Assembly: GCA_048013815.1 (NCBI GenBank) | Contig: CM106585.1 | Location: 15,996,001 to 16,060,000, forward strand | DNA length: 64,000 nucleotides | Direction: 5' to 3' | Source of the DNA: Setoptus koraiensis | Lineage: Eukaryota; Animalia; Arthropoda | Shown: positions 24,277 to 36,547 of the stretch, piece by piece | Layout: each line of letters opens with the position of its first letter | How positions within the stretch are numbered: the first letter of the stretch is position 1 | Translations under genes and position numbers: made by a program | Notes under the pieces: model-generated | What the model was told of the DNA's origin: nothing | Databases searched by the model: none | Seen by the model: only the letters and a program-made list of their open reading frames with translations

Positions 24277-26076
24277 ATGCAAACGGTAAGCGGTCAACCA
24301 ATCACTGCTGCTGATGACACATCATCAGAGCCAGTGGCAACATTTGAATTTATCACATATCACTTTATTTATCTCCCATTGTTTAATTTTCGTTTCATCA
24401 AATTCGTCCGTTATTGCTTTCAATAGACACTATTGATCACAATGCTCCTAATTGCTGGGGCCGCGGCTAAACCCGCAGAACAGCAACAACAGGCAGCACA
24501 ACAGCCATCACAGGCACAACAGGCCAACCAAGGTAAGCAGCCAGCGGCAAATTATATAAGCAACAACAGAGAAGATATACACTTGAGATTTGAAACGAGA
24601 CTATAACGTAACATATAACGCTATGTAGCATTATATAACACTTTGCGACAAAGTTGAGTTGTTATGCGAACAGTTTTTTTCAAGTTTATCCGTCAGTCGG
24701 AGCTCACTGATTAGCGTACTGATCAGCGTTTAATTAATACTGATGATTGTTTTAATCTATCAGCATCTGCCTCATCTCAGCAACAAGGACCGATATTGGT
24801 TGCTGCCTCACCCCCGGCACAACCAGCCGTAGTGGTCAGCGAAGTTAATCCAGCTCAGCAAGGATCTAACCAAGCTGCCTACCACCAAGCTCAATCAAGT
24901 TACTATTCACCCGCTGGAGTTGTTACAGTTTATGGTGCCAACGACAAGCCAGCAGCACCGCAGGTATTCAAAAGTGCCGAGCAATACGGCCAACCAGAAT
25001 CAGCGGCTCTACCACCCAACTACAAACCATTCGGTTCTTGGGGTCTTTACATTGGCGGAAATCCTGCCGATGGATACTATACAAACTACTACAAAGCTTT
25101 GAGTGAAAAAGTTAATGAAAACAAAGACAAGGTTGGCGCATCAGTTTTGAAAGCGTCCGCTCCGGCCAGCGGTGAACAAGTCTACTACCCATACTCACAG
25201 GGAGACTTTGCCACAGTGTACAATCAACATCAAGTTATTCAACCTGTCATATCTCATTATGGAAGCCCACAATACGAAGTACAAGGCTACAGTGCCGATC
25301 AACACGCCGATGCCTACTCAGCAAGAAAGGCATCAGCGGCCCCAGCGCAAAAGGATGCTGCTAGCAAAGCCGAGAGCAAGGCCTACAACAGTCAACCACA
25401 ATCACGAGTTTACGTTTATTCGCCACCAGTTGCCTCTCATGTTGTATCTCCAGTTGCAACACGGGCCCAAGTTCAAGAGCAACAACAACAACAGGTTGTC
25501 GCCTATCCAGTGCCAGTCGGAAGTCAAATTGTTGGATCACAATCTGGCGTTGATGGCTCATTTTATCCCTATGGAGTACACGCTTACACTAGATACGTTG
25601 TAAAACCAACTTTTGTTGGTCAAGAGCAACCACAACACTCAGTGCCACAACAACCAGCGCCAGTCGAGGTTGCCTACCAGCAAGGCCAAGCGGTTGCCTA
25701 CCAGCAAGGCCAAGGGGTTGCCTATCAGGCAAGCCAGGGTGCTGCTTACCAGCCAATTCAGGCATATGCCTACCAGCCGAGCCAAGGAGTTGTTTACCAG
25801 ACCAGCCAAGCTGGCGTACAGCAACCACAAATAGCAAATCGCGCATTTTACGGTGCCTACCAGCCATACTATACCGCAGCCGGTTATTATCCAGCCAACC
25901 CAAGCCAATTGCATTACTCAAAGGTTCTAAGCCAACATTATTCACCAGAATTCAAGCCAATAGAAGATCATCCATTCAATGTTGCGGCCAAGCCGGTATC
26001 ACTATTGGAAAACAAGCCATCAGAGGAGGCCAGATCACCATTCAATGAGGCCGCTTCGAATGAGAAACGCGCCTAA
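24277..26076 (+). CDS. Secreted Tyr/Gln/Pro/Ala-rich protein, putative cuticular/structural (~475 aa)
   Basis: Exons 24277-24285 (MQT|gtaagc), 24427-24532, 24764-26076; GT-AG introns with phases 0 and 1. Splicing builds the signal peptide MQTTLLITMLLIAGAAA-KP. No Cys; AATAAA at 26137. No R&R consensus recognised. Confidence 0.85.
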
Positions 26077-26737
26077 ACAGTGCCGCTACATTGTACAGGC
26101 ATTGACCAGACATCAAGGCGACAGTGTAATCGAATGAATAAAGTGTCATCTTAATTTAAATACAGTTCAATTTCGAATTCCAATTGATTCAATTCCAATT
26201 CCAATCCTTCTATGACGCAATGGGCAAGCGGTGCCGGTCGTCTTCTGTTGTTTGCATTTATGCTCACACGTTCAAGTTGTCCACTATGATGTCCATGTTT
26301 TTCCTCGAACTACCCGGCGACAGTCCACTAGAGCGAGTGATTCAATTAATTAATCATCCCTTTTGTCTATCGATCAAATTTTCAGCAAGTTTATCATCAG
26401 ATAAATTAACTTTCTTATGTGTCAAAAGGAAAGAGAAAAAAAGAAAAGAAACACGATTCTCGTTCGAAAGCACGGGCGTGGCAGATCAGCTGAGCATATA
26501 TTCGCGATGAACCAAAACAAACGGATGTGGCCTTTATGGCGTTGACATGCAATGGCAACATCACGATGTTATTACTACAAGGTGATTTAAAGTTTATGTG
26601 ATTAATTTTAGGATATTATCATAATATTATTGCATGAATTGCCGTTACTGTTGTTATGTCATAGCTAAATACATAGATAAATAGACAAGAAATAAATCCA
26701 ACTGCCCCATCATCAATTTTCTATAGCTACAACAAAA

Positions 26738-27475
26738 ATGGTCGGCATCAAGGGGTGAGTAGATACCGGACTACCAGCACCAACAGATAAGATTGTTGTT
26801 CACGGAATGCAGATCGCCTAACAGAATTTAATACCACCAAGAACAATAAAAATATTAAATATTGAATATTAAACCTAAATTAAATTAAACAAACAACCAA
26901 ACAAAAAATTCACACAATCTTCGATATGGAATCTCAATTGAGCAGATTGATAGCGCTGGCTTTGTCAGGATCGACAGGAATGACTCTACTGATTTTGGCA
27001 TGCACATTAGATAAACCAAACTGGTGGCCTGCCATTGTTGCCATATTTTACATCATAAGCCCCTTTCCCTCGCTGATAGCTAAGAGAATGTTCACAGATA
27101 ACAGTTTCAGCTCTCAAAGTAGTCCTCCCAAGGAATGGGCTTATTTTATAACAACAGGCATAGTTATCAGCGCTTTAGCACTGCCAGTGGTGATGGCAAG
27201 GACTAACCCTCAAATTGTGAGTATTGGATGGTCGACACTTAAACATTATTGGTTTAAATTTCGAACTTAATTCTACACATACACATGGCTAGTGATAAGA
27301 TCTACCTAGTGACCTAACCATCTCTGCATTTTCTTTTATCACTCTTCTCTCGTCCGTGCCTTAGATTGCCACGATGGCCACATGCCTATCGTTGGCAAGT
27401 TCAGCATTTTTCTTTGCTACGATTGCATCGTTTTTCATAGTATTTCAATCAGATGACGACTACAGTATGTACTGA
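26738..27475 (+). CDS. LEPROT: Leptin receptor gene-related protein / Vps55 family (132 aa)
   Basis: Exons 26738-26754, 26946-27216, 27365-27475. Spliced MVGIKGLIALALSGSTGMTLLILACTL...WWP...IISPFP...FITTGIVISALALPVVMAR...IATMATCLSL matches the Vps55/LEPROT pattern and length. Confidence 0.93.
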
Positions 27476-28385
27476 AATGTACATGTCTCCAATTTTCCTA
27501 ACCAAGCCCAATGTCCAGATAGTACAGATCAAAATCTCAACGAATCCAAAGAAATCATGCATATCGAAAATGGTTTACATATATTTGGACATACCTTTGA
27601 GAGTGTTATAAAACACGAGTTCAAAACCAGAGATCTTAGGTCAACTAATCTGATTAGCAGGAACATGTATATATTGTAACTGGGAGACACGAGGCATCAC
27701 ATAGAATCAAATAAAAGACTACGAATCGATCGCACACTGACCATAGAATATTTTTCAGAACACCAACACGTAAGAGTATCAAACACAATACCTTCGGCGA
27801 TCTTAGTGCTGTGTCAGCTTGCCTGAGGGAATTCGCCGCCATTACACTTGTTGTTTCGACCTCACTAACCCTCCTGTCAGAGCAAGCCTGTTCCTAATCT
27901 AACGAGGGCAATGTCATTGGCGTTGCCAGAATTCTTCAACCAAGGAGACATGCTAATGTTGTTGGTTCACTGCGGCACACAGTTTTAGAATGTGACCAAA
28001 AATGCTGGAATCAAACTAGCTCGAAGAATGAATATGATTGTGGCGATATTTGCCAAGTAGAAAACGATCAGCATTGGCTTTTGAAAGAGGACCTAAAAAA
28101 GGAGGGTCACTAGTGAAACGACTGCGCTGATATTTGAACCATTATCGATTATCATTTATTGGCTTCTCTATCACTATAGTTCGTAAGCAAGTTATTGCAA
28201 TTTCAATACAAGTTGAATGTGCATGTAATCTGACTTTCCTTTTTCTCTGATTTTAACTCGGTTAAGAATAATCATTAGTTTGTGCTGTAATATCATCGGG
28301 ACGGGACCTGTTAAAATATAATCTTTGTTGCAGTTATACATAAGACCTCATATTGTTAGCGCGTAATTATAACATCAATTTAACA

Positions 28386-30563
28386 TCATCTGGGTGATGG
28401 CTTTGAACTAGCATTGTTTAATGACAGGATAACCCTATTGCCGCTAAGTTGATTAGTTATTTCACTCATGAACGTCTTAATTATTGCCTCTCTATCTGAT
28501 CTTTGGCCTTCTACTGTGATAATCAATATAACATGAGAATCTGGTTTTGTTAAAAAGAATGTCAATTGCTTGGATGGATCAAATAGTTGAAATTGGCCTT
28601 CGTTCAACACTTTCGAATGACCGGCTACTATCATGAATAATTCTGCTTGCAGACTCTCTAGTTTCGCCTTAGCGTCCGCTGGAATAACTAGCATTGTTTG
28701 TAGAGTATTCTTTCCTTTAGGTTGGTCGAACGCAGCGGTAGGCAAATGATATCCTTGGCCTCTATAATCTTTTTCATTTGTAACATCAAACAACATGGCG
28801 ATGAAAACGGCGTCAACCTTCTTTTGAAAATGTGACAACTTTTGATGAAAGTCGTTGGACAACTTTGTACATGTATTCTTGATGGTATTAGCTGGCAAAT
28901 TATTATATAATGTAGCATGAAAATAAATTGTGAATTTCGCCACTAAAAATTCTCTCAATTTACATAACCAATCATATAGACGCGGTATAGGCTGGGCCTT
29001 GACATTGATTCTTCTCTTAGAACTGTCCTTATTGAATGTATTTGCGGCCCAGTAGTTCAACTTTTGTTGGGCCTCTTGCAGGTCGAACACTGATACGAGG
29101 AATCTCCAATGCTGTATATCAATTGTGGCCCTAATCAAGGTCATAAGTAATTCACATTCCAAAGTCATTCCTTCTTTGATCGGGGCCAATAGAGGATGAT
29201 GAAAGTACTTCTGGTATTTGCGACAAAATACGGACAACTGTATAGATATTCCATCAACATGAACGTGTTTCTTTCCAGCAACCTCGTGCAATTTCTCGTA
29301 TATACCAATAAGCTCCAATCTCGCTTGAGTGTAGTATTGCAATTGCAGACAAAAGTGAGACATCAGCTCTTCAGAAAAGTCAGCTATAATACAAGATGTA
29401 GCGCTTGATGATGATGTCGGGGTTTCCACTGACTGGCTACTGATTTGGCGTGACGTCGCCACAGAATTGCTAGCCTGCAGCTGTTGTAATGGTGAAGAGA
29501 TTGATGGTGATAAAATTTGTCTCGACGATAACTGTGCTGACCCTTGCGCTTCCTCCAACCTACCGATGGTATAATCAGACATAGAGCCCAAGCTAACTTT
29601 GGAGGTTGTTGCCGAATCGTAATCGGGTCCAAGTTGATTTTGTTTGATCATTTTGCCAGTGTTTGCCTCACTAGTAGTTGGATCCGAGAGTAGACGTTTA
29701 ACGTTGGTCGGGGTTGATTTGTTACTATTGCTTGGTCTAAGTTTGTTGACTTGATGCGTGTCGATGCTTATCGTTTGTTTGATACTATTGCTTATGGAAA
29801 ACCAAGAAAAGGGCGAAAAAGTTTTGCTGGTTTCAGCACTTGCTGCCGGCTGACAGCCATCACCACTTGAGTCGGCATTCATCGTCTGTGCCACTGATGA
29901 TGGTCTGGGCGAAGCTGACCCTGATCTAACAATTACATCGGTGTTTGTTGTTAACATATTGCCACTGTTATTATCCCTAACCGACGATGCCTGCTGCAAA
30001 TTGTTAGCCTGATGGTGGTGGTGCCTGGCTGGGTATTCCGGTGTCACAAACTTTGCACCAGCATGCTGTCTAGCCATATTGCTGGCACAATCAGATTGAT
30101 CCAATTGTTTACCCTGTTTGGGCCTGGCCTCTATTCGTTGGAGTTCCAATCGGACATCCTCGTAGACATCTTTTAGACTGCGTTCTTTGCGGAGGAAGTG
30201 CCTTGACGGCAAGAAAGAGCTTTGTGACTGAATTATAAATGGATGATTGTGATAAAATTTTTCAGCCTCGGCCAATTGAGCAAAGGTTGATAACATGTTG
30301 ATGAACGGGCATGGATTGACGGACGACGCCTTTTGCAGCCATTCCTTTTTTGTCTCCTGATGTTCAGAGTAAGGTTTCATATTAGAGAAAAGTACCAAGT
30401 AATTAGTATATTGGGAATAGTGCATTGTTGCCTTGTTTATGCGTCTATCTTGGAGTTATCAACCGAAACTACTTACGACATAAGATTTTGCTCGATCAAA
30501 GGCAAATTGGCCTAACATGTAGAAAAATGTTTCAATGACATTCTGCTGATCCATAGGAACCAT
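28386..30563 (-). CDS. KICS2: KICSTOR subunit 2 (C12orf66 homolog), 685 aa, with a long low-complexity insertion
   Basis: Exon 1 30477-30563 (MVPMDQQNVIETFFYMLGQFAFDRAKSYV|GTAAGT), exon 2 28386-30356. Motifs LAEAEKFYH, QARLELIGIYEKL, FHHPLLAP, WRFLVSVFDLQEAQQKLNYW, LVAKFTIYFH and YRGQGYHLP match recalled C12orf66. Confidence 0.9.
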
Positions 30564-31308
30564 GATCGATTAAGTAATAACTTTAATTCAGTTTGTTTCA
30601 CAAAATGACCATTGTTTATACTGCTGGCCATCCCAGTACTTGAGGTGATTTATTCAGATACTGACTACAACTATTTTGAATGAAAATCATGAAATCGTGT
30701 TTTCCATCATCTTGCATCAAGATTTTTGATGATTGCGTGTTACATAAAAATATTTCTCATGGACCCCGATAAAATAAGATAAAACGAGTGTTTACATGTA
30801 CTAAAAGTAATATCAGAATATCAGTAATATCTGTCATTATTATATTTTTGTTATTGCATGTGTCCGTGAGAGGCGCCCGAAGAATAGATGTAAAGAGACC
30901 AGGTCACTGACTATAGTATGGAGAAAGCGTGCAGCGTCCTCTGACGATTCTTTACGCACTCAGCGGATGTGCATTGTGGACAGGTCGCTCGTTTCGAACC
31001 GGCATTTTTACATCTATTTTCTATTTGAGGACAGACTGCACTAGAAGTGCTCTTATTTGAGAGGGACCCAGTATACGATTATTTAATGGTGACTTGTTGT
31101 CAGCAAAGAGGATGGTTGACACAGCTCACTGAACATGAGTTGTAAAGAGTGGAAAGATCTCTAGATCTAACTAGAAATTGTCTCATGGTCGAGCCACTTG
31201 CGTACGCGATTTGTTCAACAATGTGGGAAAACAGAATCAAAGAAAAGATTCACAATTGATTTGGTAAATGAAGCAATTTAGTGTCTTTTGAATATTTAGT
31301 TGTAGATT

Positions 31309-31536
31309 CTATACATATATTCCAACATTGAGGCATAAGAAGAGCGTTCCGAAGCCCAATAAGGTGCTTGTAAGTAGCGCGACCAACATCTCCTTGACAA
31401 TATTCTTTTTTGGACTGGATTCAATGGTAAAGAACCAGCCCATGAATCCCAGACCCGCCATTACGAGAATAAATGCCAGGTAGGGAAAAAGGAACACCGG
31501 TATGGGTGGTGCGAAGGCCTGGAATGATGATGACAT
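31309..31536 (-). CDS. TMEM258: TMEM258 / Ost5-like oligosaccharyltransferase subunit (75 aa, no coding intron)
   Basis: LFPYLAFILVMAGLGFMGWFF...KEMLVALLTSTLLGFGTLFLCLNVGIYV; the C-terminal VGIYV is diagnostic. Confidence 0.92.
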   Translation of the reverse strand: MSSSFQAFAPPIPVFLFPYLAFILVMAGLGFMGWFFTIESSPKKNIVKEMLVALLTSTLLGFGTLFLCLNVGIYV

Positions 31537-33105
31537 GATATTAAATTATTGGAAAGCGTGTGGCTTTCTGTTGTGGCAATGTAAATATGTCTGTTCCTGG
31601 TTTATAATGGACTATGATATAGCCTTGTCGAACAATACTGGTGGAAGATGTGCAACGATGGTTTTAAATACAATATAGAACGATATGTGTCACAATGTCA
31701 GATGATGTAATCAAGAAAAACAAATGTGTCCTCCTCCAAGGGTTGGTGTCACTTCAGTGAACGTATACTTTCAACGACAGTTCAGATCATCGACAGAGGG
31801 ACGAGTCAACAAACGTCCATGCCTGCAACGCTCACTTCGCCGACTCAAGTTGTTGGGTGTGTTGAGCGAATGCACTGTGAAAATGGACTTTTTTCATTGG
31901 CTATTCCGACGGAGAGATTGCAAGCGATTGTTCGTTGTTTGTCCACACTATTCTGTATCTGTCAGTGAATAATACTGGTATAATTGCGATGGCCGGGTGC
32001 CTCAACTACAGGCTACGATTGCCGCATTCGGATTGAATGTCTATGTTTTACGAGAGAGATATATGACCATGATTGGCGAGTAGCCGGTATATTTTTTTTT
32101 TGTTTTTATTTTTATATCATTTACACTAGAACAGCGCCGCCGATATGATGTGTAAGCTGTGTAGATGGCGTTGGATATTTAGTCGTCATGCGCTCGCTCT
32201 CCTTTAAAACAATACACAACGGAAGCTGCTCGCAACAACATGGCAGTTTTGGCGATTTTCGGTACAAAAGTTCACAGTTTATCCGTAGCGTGGCGTAAAG
32301 ATTTCACGATGCAACGATAATTGTCGTAAATGAAGCGAGTATTTGTTTAAAATCAATTTTTCACTACATGCACATTTGGCCCATTATTTATGGCGACGGC
32401 AGCGCTGTGTTGCGTTTAAATAGTGCACTTTTTCTAAACTTACATTCGTGCCTCATATCTATGTAAGGTGAGCCACCCTTTTCACAAACCGACAACACAA
32501 CATGCTAGACTCGATATAGTTCGATTTTTCGTCGTGTAGCAGCAGCGGCATAGCGAGCGAGCGAGTGAGTCAGTCGGAGAGTTTGTGTGTGGCTTTAACT
32601 ACCGAGTCTATGTGCATGTGCGCGTGTATGTGTGCATGAAGAGAACAACGTGTTGTATCGCAAAGCATGCGTTAATAAGCGTGTGTAAGAGTATGTGTGT
32701 GTGCGTGTGTGCATTCGGCTGTACACTATTAGCGCTTGCTAATGCCGCGGCTGCGGCTTTTCTCAGAATCATCACAATATCGTACACAAACTCTCGGACA
32801 TATCGAATGTGAACGCATCTCAGTCGATACATTTTTCTCATATTGAATATACGCAATTGCCGTTCACATCCCTTTAGGATATTAACATTATTATTTCATT
32901 ATTATTATAATATCCCTTATATATATTCGAATTATCATTATATTATATTATTAAAATATTATATGACACACAATTATATATATTCATATACTATATTTAT
33001 ATTTAGATACGTATATTCAATCATATAAAAATCATATATTAGTTGAGGCATATACACAATCAGACAGCAGACCTATAGACACATACACATAAACACACAT
33101 CAAAC

Positions 33106-33711
33106 ATGAGCTCCATATCTTGTTACAATTGCTCACAACAGGGGCACATCTCAAGAGAATGTCCTGAACCAAGAAAACAACGTTCCAATGACGGCGGAGG
33201 CGGCGGAGGCTGGGGCCAGAGTTCAGGAGGAGGCGGCGGCGGCGGTGGACGAAGCTGTTACAATTGCGGCGAATCCGGTCACATCTCTCGAGAGTGCACC
33301 CAAGCGCGTAAACCACGTTCCAATGAAGACGACGGATGGGGAGCATCATCTGGCGGCGGCGGAGGAGGCGGTCGCTCAGGTGGAGGTAGATCTTGCTACA
33401 ACTGCGGCGGCGAGGGCCACATTTCGCGCGAATGCACGGAAGCCAAAAAGCCTAGGGGCGGTGACACAGGTGACGACGGTTGGGGCAGTGGGGGCGCCGG
33501 TTCGGGCGGTGGAGGCGGCAGAAGTTGTTACAACTGTGGCGAATCAGGACACATCTCACGAGATTGCCCCAAGCCTAAGAAAACAACAGGAGGTGGTGGC
33601 GGCGGTGGAAGCTGCTACAACTGTGGCGTCGAAGGACACATTTCGCGCGAGTGTACCGAAGCTAGAAAGCCTCGCCAAGATGGCGGTCGACCTCAGCGTA
33701 GCAGGTACTAG
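33106..33711 (+). CDS. CNBP/Gis2-like protein with five CCHC zinc knuckles separated by Gly-rich, WG-containing spacers (201 aa)
   Basis: Five CYNCxxxGHISR[ED]C (CX2CX4HX4C) motifs; AATAAA at 33768; candidate 5'UTR intron donor aag|gtgagc near 32468. Confidence 0.92.
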   Translation: MSSISCYNCSQQGHISRECPEPRKQRSNDGGGGGGWGQSSGGGGGGGGRSCYNCGESGHISRECTQARKPRSNEDDGWGASSGGGGGGGRSGGGRSCYNCGGEGHISRECTEAKKPRGGDTGDDGWGSGGAGSGGGGGRSCYNCGESGHISRDCPKPKKTTGGGGGGGSCYNCGVEGHISRECTEARKPRQDGGRPQRSRY

Positions 33712-34687
33712 ATAGTTGAGAACCTATGATGATGATTATAGATATTAACAAATAATTATGTTGTGTCAATAAAAAGATTACATCCTACTACATCAAATGA
33801 ATACCACCATAAACTTGTCACCCTATGAACGTTTTCTTGCGAACTCTTAAAATATGCCCTCCTTGTGCTAGGGGATCATTTGGATCGCTTAAAAACGAAA
33901 CCTCAACGCCACAAAGTACGACGCTGACGTGAGCATAGTGGACAGTCGTTTTTCCCAACGTACTGTTGAGCGCTATTGGCCAGACTCTGAAGGCCCCTCC
34001 GCTACTAACCAAACACTCGCTCTGGTGTATATCACAAGGGGACGAGTACCAATTAGATGATATGCCATGGGGTTTGTCTGGAATATCTCAATCTACAAGT
34101 CTCTACACAGCCTAGTTGCGTAGCCAAGTTAAATAAAAAATATCTCACGACTGCAACAGTTTTAACTGTTTTGAACTTTGAAAATCGCGCCATTTTGAGA
34201 TGCATTCGCTTTAATGCACAAGCTACGGTGCGTCGCGTTTCAGTTTGATAAAGAACATGAGAATAGTTCCATGATGTTAAGCCTGGGGGCGCGCTCCGAT
34301 GTCATTTTAGTGTAGGGCAGTCAAGTGTTAGGTGCTGATATCTGCAGGTAAATTCGCGAGTGGTATCGAACGCTATCACAGATAGCATTGCGAAAAACAT
34401 TGATCTAGTTGTGTGTGTCGACTAATGCGGTTATATCAATGAAAAATAACCATAACGGTAACGTGTATCGTCACACTCAGCCCTTGGCAATGCTTTTTGT
34501 GGCGTTTCAAGCGCCTACAAGCGTCGATTTCCCAAATTGAATTAATTGGTACTAACGGACCAACATATGGTGGTACATACATGGTTTATTTCTCATGTAT
34601 TTATGTTTACATTTCAAAAATAACCATCAACTTCATTTAAATTGATAAATATAACAATTAATCAAGGATACATATAACACTGCCGAA

Positions 34688-35878
34688 ATGGAAGATGCAC
34701 AGCAGGACTCCTATGCTAATGAGATGCTAGTATTGCTCCAGACAGAGAATGGCGAACAAATAGCCCTACCAATATCAGCGTTGCCCAGTGAAGCTGTTTC
34801 TGGCGAGGAAGGCCAGGTTATTATGGTCGAAGAGTCTGCAACCGACCAACAGGAAATTATTTTAGAATCACAAGAAATTCCCCAAGTTCAGTTAGCCCCA
34901 CTTACACAACTACCATCAGGTCTCGAGCCTGAGTCTATGACAATAGTTAGTACAGAACAAATACAATTGGAACATCATCAACCTGAAGAAAAGCAACACG
35001 AAGAAATCCATCACATTGATCAATTAGTAACAAGCGGCACTAACATGCTTTCCAATTCTACTAAAACCTATAGCAAAAAGACAATTTCCCTCACCAATTC
35101 TACTTTGACACCAACAACAACACCTAGCGACAGCAACACTAGTAAGTCTATAGAAGATATTGAGCCACTTGCTCTTCCTAATTGCGACACAGTCGAGGTC
35201 GCCCTAGAAATTACTTCAAATGAGGCAACTGATGGCGCCCCATTAGCTGAAAATCCAGCAACAACAACAATAACAACAACAGAGACAACAGAAACAACTG
35301 AACTCGAGTCACATGCTCCTAATACCTGCGATCCTACAGCCGAGGTCGCTCTAGAAACTATTGCGGATGAGGTTAACACTATTGTTGATGAGGTCAAAAC
35401 AACCCCAGAAACGATCACTATCACAGACCCAGTTGCACAGGCAATGGTAGCGTCACAAGTCTGCACCGTTGAATCATTAGACCCTCCTACAAGAAGGCCC
35501 AGGCGAAGAAAAGCTGAAATCAGTACAAGACCTCTCTACGACGAAGAGGGAATACTAGAATTTCAAGAAGTACCTCCCTTTGTTGAACAACCAGAGAAAA
35601 AACGACCTAGGAAAGAACGCCGCTCCATCACCAAACCGAAGAAAACCCATATCAAAGTAGAGCGACATGATACGGAAGAGGAAGAAGAAGAAGAACAGCC
35701 CTTGATGACATCAACCCCGGACCCATCGAAAAGTTACTCTTGCAAAGAGTGTGGCTTCTCAACCGATCGCATTAACAACCTAGTTATTCACATGAAAGAA
35801 ACGTGCAGCTTTGCTAAGAAGCGATGGCAGAGTGAGGTCGAGAAGCTGAAAAGTAGTTTAAATCACTCAAAGAATTGA
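34688..35878 (+). CDS. Acidic Glu/Thr-rich protein with basic NLS-like patches and one C-terminal C2H2/C2HC-like zinc finger (396 aa)
   Basis: Uninterrupted ORF with an ATG in good context; RRPRRRK and KKRPRKERR patches; YSCKECGFSTDRINNLVIHMKETC. Confidence 0.8.
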   Translation: MEDAQQDSYANEMLVLLQTENGEQIALPISALPSEAVSGEEGQVIMVEESATDQQEIILESQEIPQVQLAPLTQLPSGLEPESMTIVSTEQIQLEHHQPEEKQHEEIHHIDQLVTSGTNMLSNSTKTYSKKTISLTNSTLTPTTTPSDSNTSKSIEDIEPLALPNCDTVEVALEITSNEATDGAPLAENPATTTITTTETTETTELESHAPNTCDPTAEVALETIADEVNTIVDEVKTTPETITITDPVAQAMVASQVCTVESLDPPTRRPRRRKAEISTRPLYDEEGILEFQEVPPFVEQPEKKRPRKERRSITKPKKTHIKVERHDTEEEEEEEQPLMTSTPDPSKSYSCKECGFSTDRINNLVIHMKETCSFAKKRWQSEVEKLKSSLNHSKN

Positions 35879-36547
35879 AATAAATTAATAATAAGAATCC
35901 ATGTAATAGGATGTAATCTTTTTGATACAACATATTTGATTGATCTTAGAGTATCATCATACATACTCATTCACGTATTACTTAAATGCGAGCGCTGAGC
36001 CAGACTGTAAACTTGAACTGATAGCAGACTTAGATTTTGCTTACTACATGAATTTAAGTAAAAATTTGAAGATTGCTGTGATAGTCAAGCTGCTGGGAGT
36101 TTAGAAGAACAGCTCGTTCTTTACGTATCAAAACAATGCAGTTCTGAGCCAGGACTTATTCAGTCATAGCACTAAAAGTTGATAGTGAAAAAAACATCCA
36201 GTTACTTCTTCCGATGGGATATCAGACATTACCTTGTTGAGCTGGATACCCACAAGGGTTAATCAAAAAAAAAATCATAAAGTGCGGGGTTGATTTAATC
36301 AATGCTATGCTCCTTAGGAGAGCCTATTCTAACTGAATAATAATCAATCAATACAAAACAAGTAATAGAAACGCATCCTACAGAGGAATAGTCTCAAAAT
36401 ATGAGAACATGTTGCCAAAACGATATTGTATTTGCGATTAGTCGTGAAGTTTCATGAGATCTTTAATATAATCACAAAATGGAGTTTCGCATTTAGATTT
36501 TTTTTAATTATATTAGTTAGATAAATACCTAATGGATAGTTCGTGAA

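Noticed and set aside
31985-32030. GCCTGTAG / GGCCGGG resembling the SRP RNA Alu domain
   Set aside because: No helix-8 motif or extended pairing in the flanking sequence.
33188-33715. 175-aa +1-frame ORF overlapping the CCHC gene (dual coding?)
   Set aside because: Gly-codon runs and scarcity of Leu/Ile/Val/Met codons remove +1-frame stops; the product is featureless A/E/V-rich sequence.
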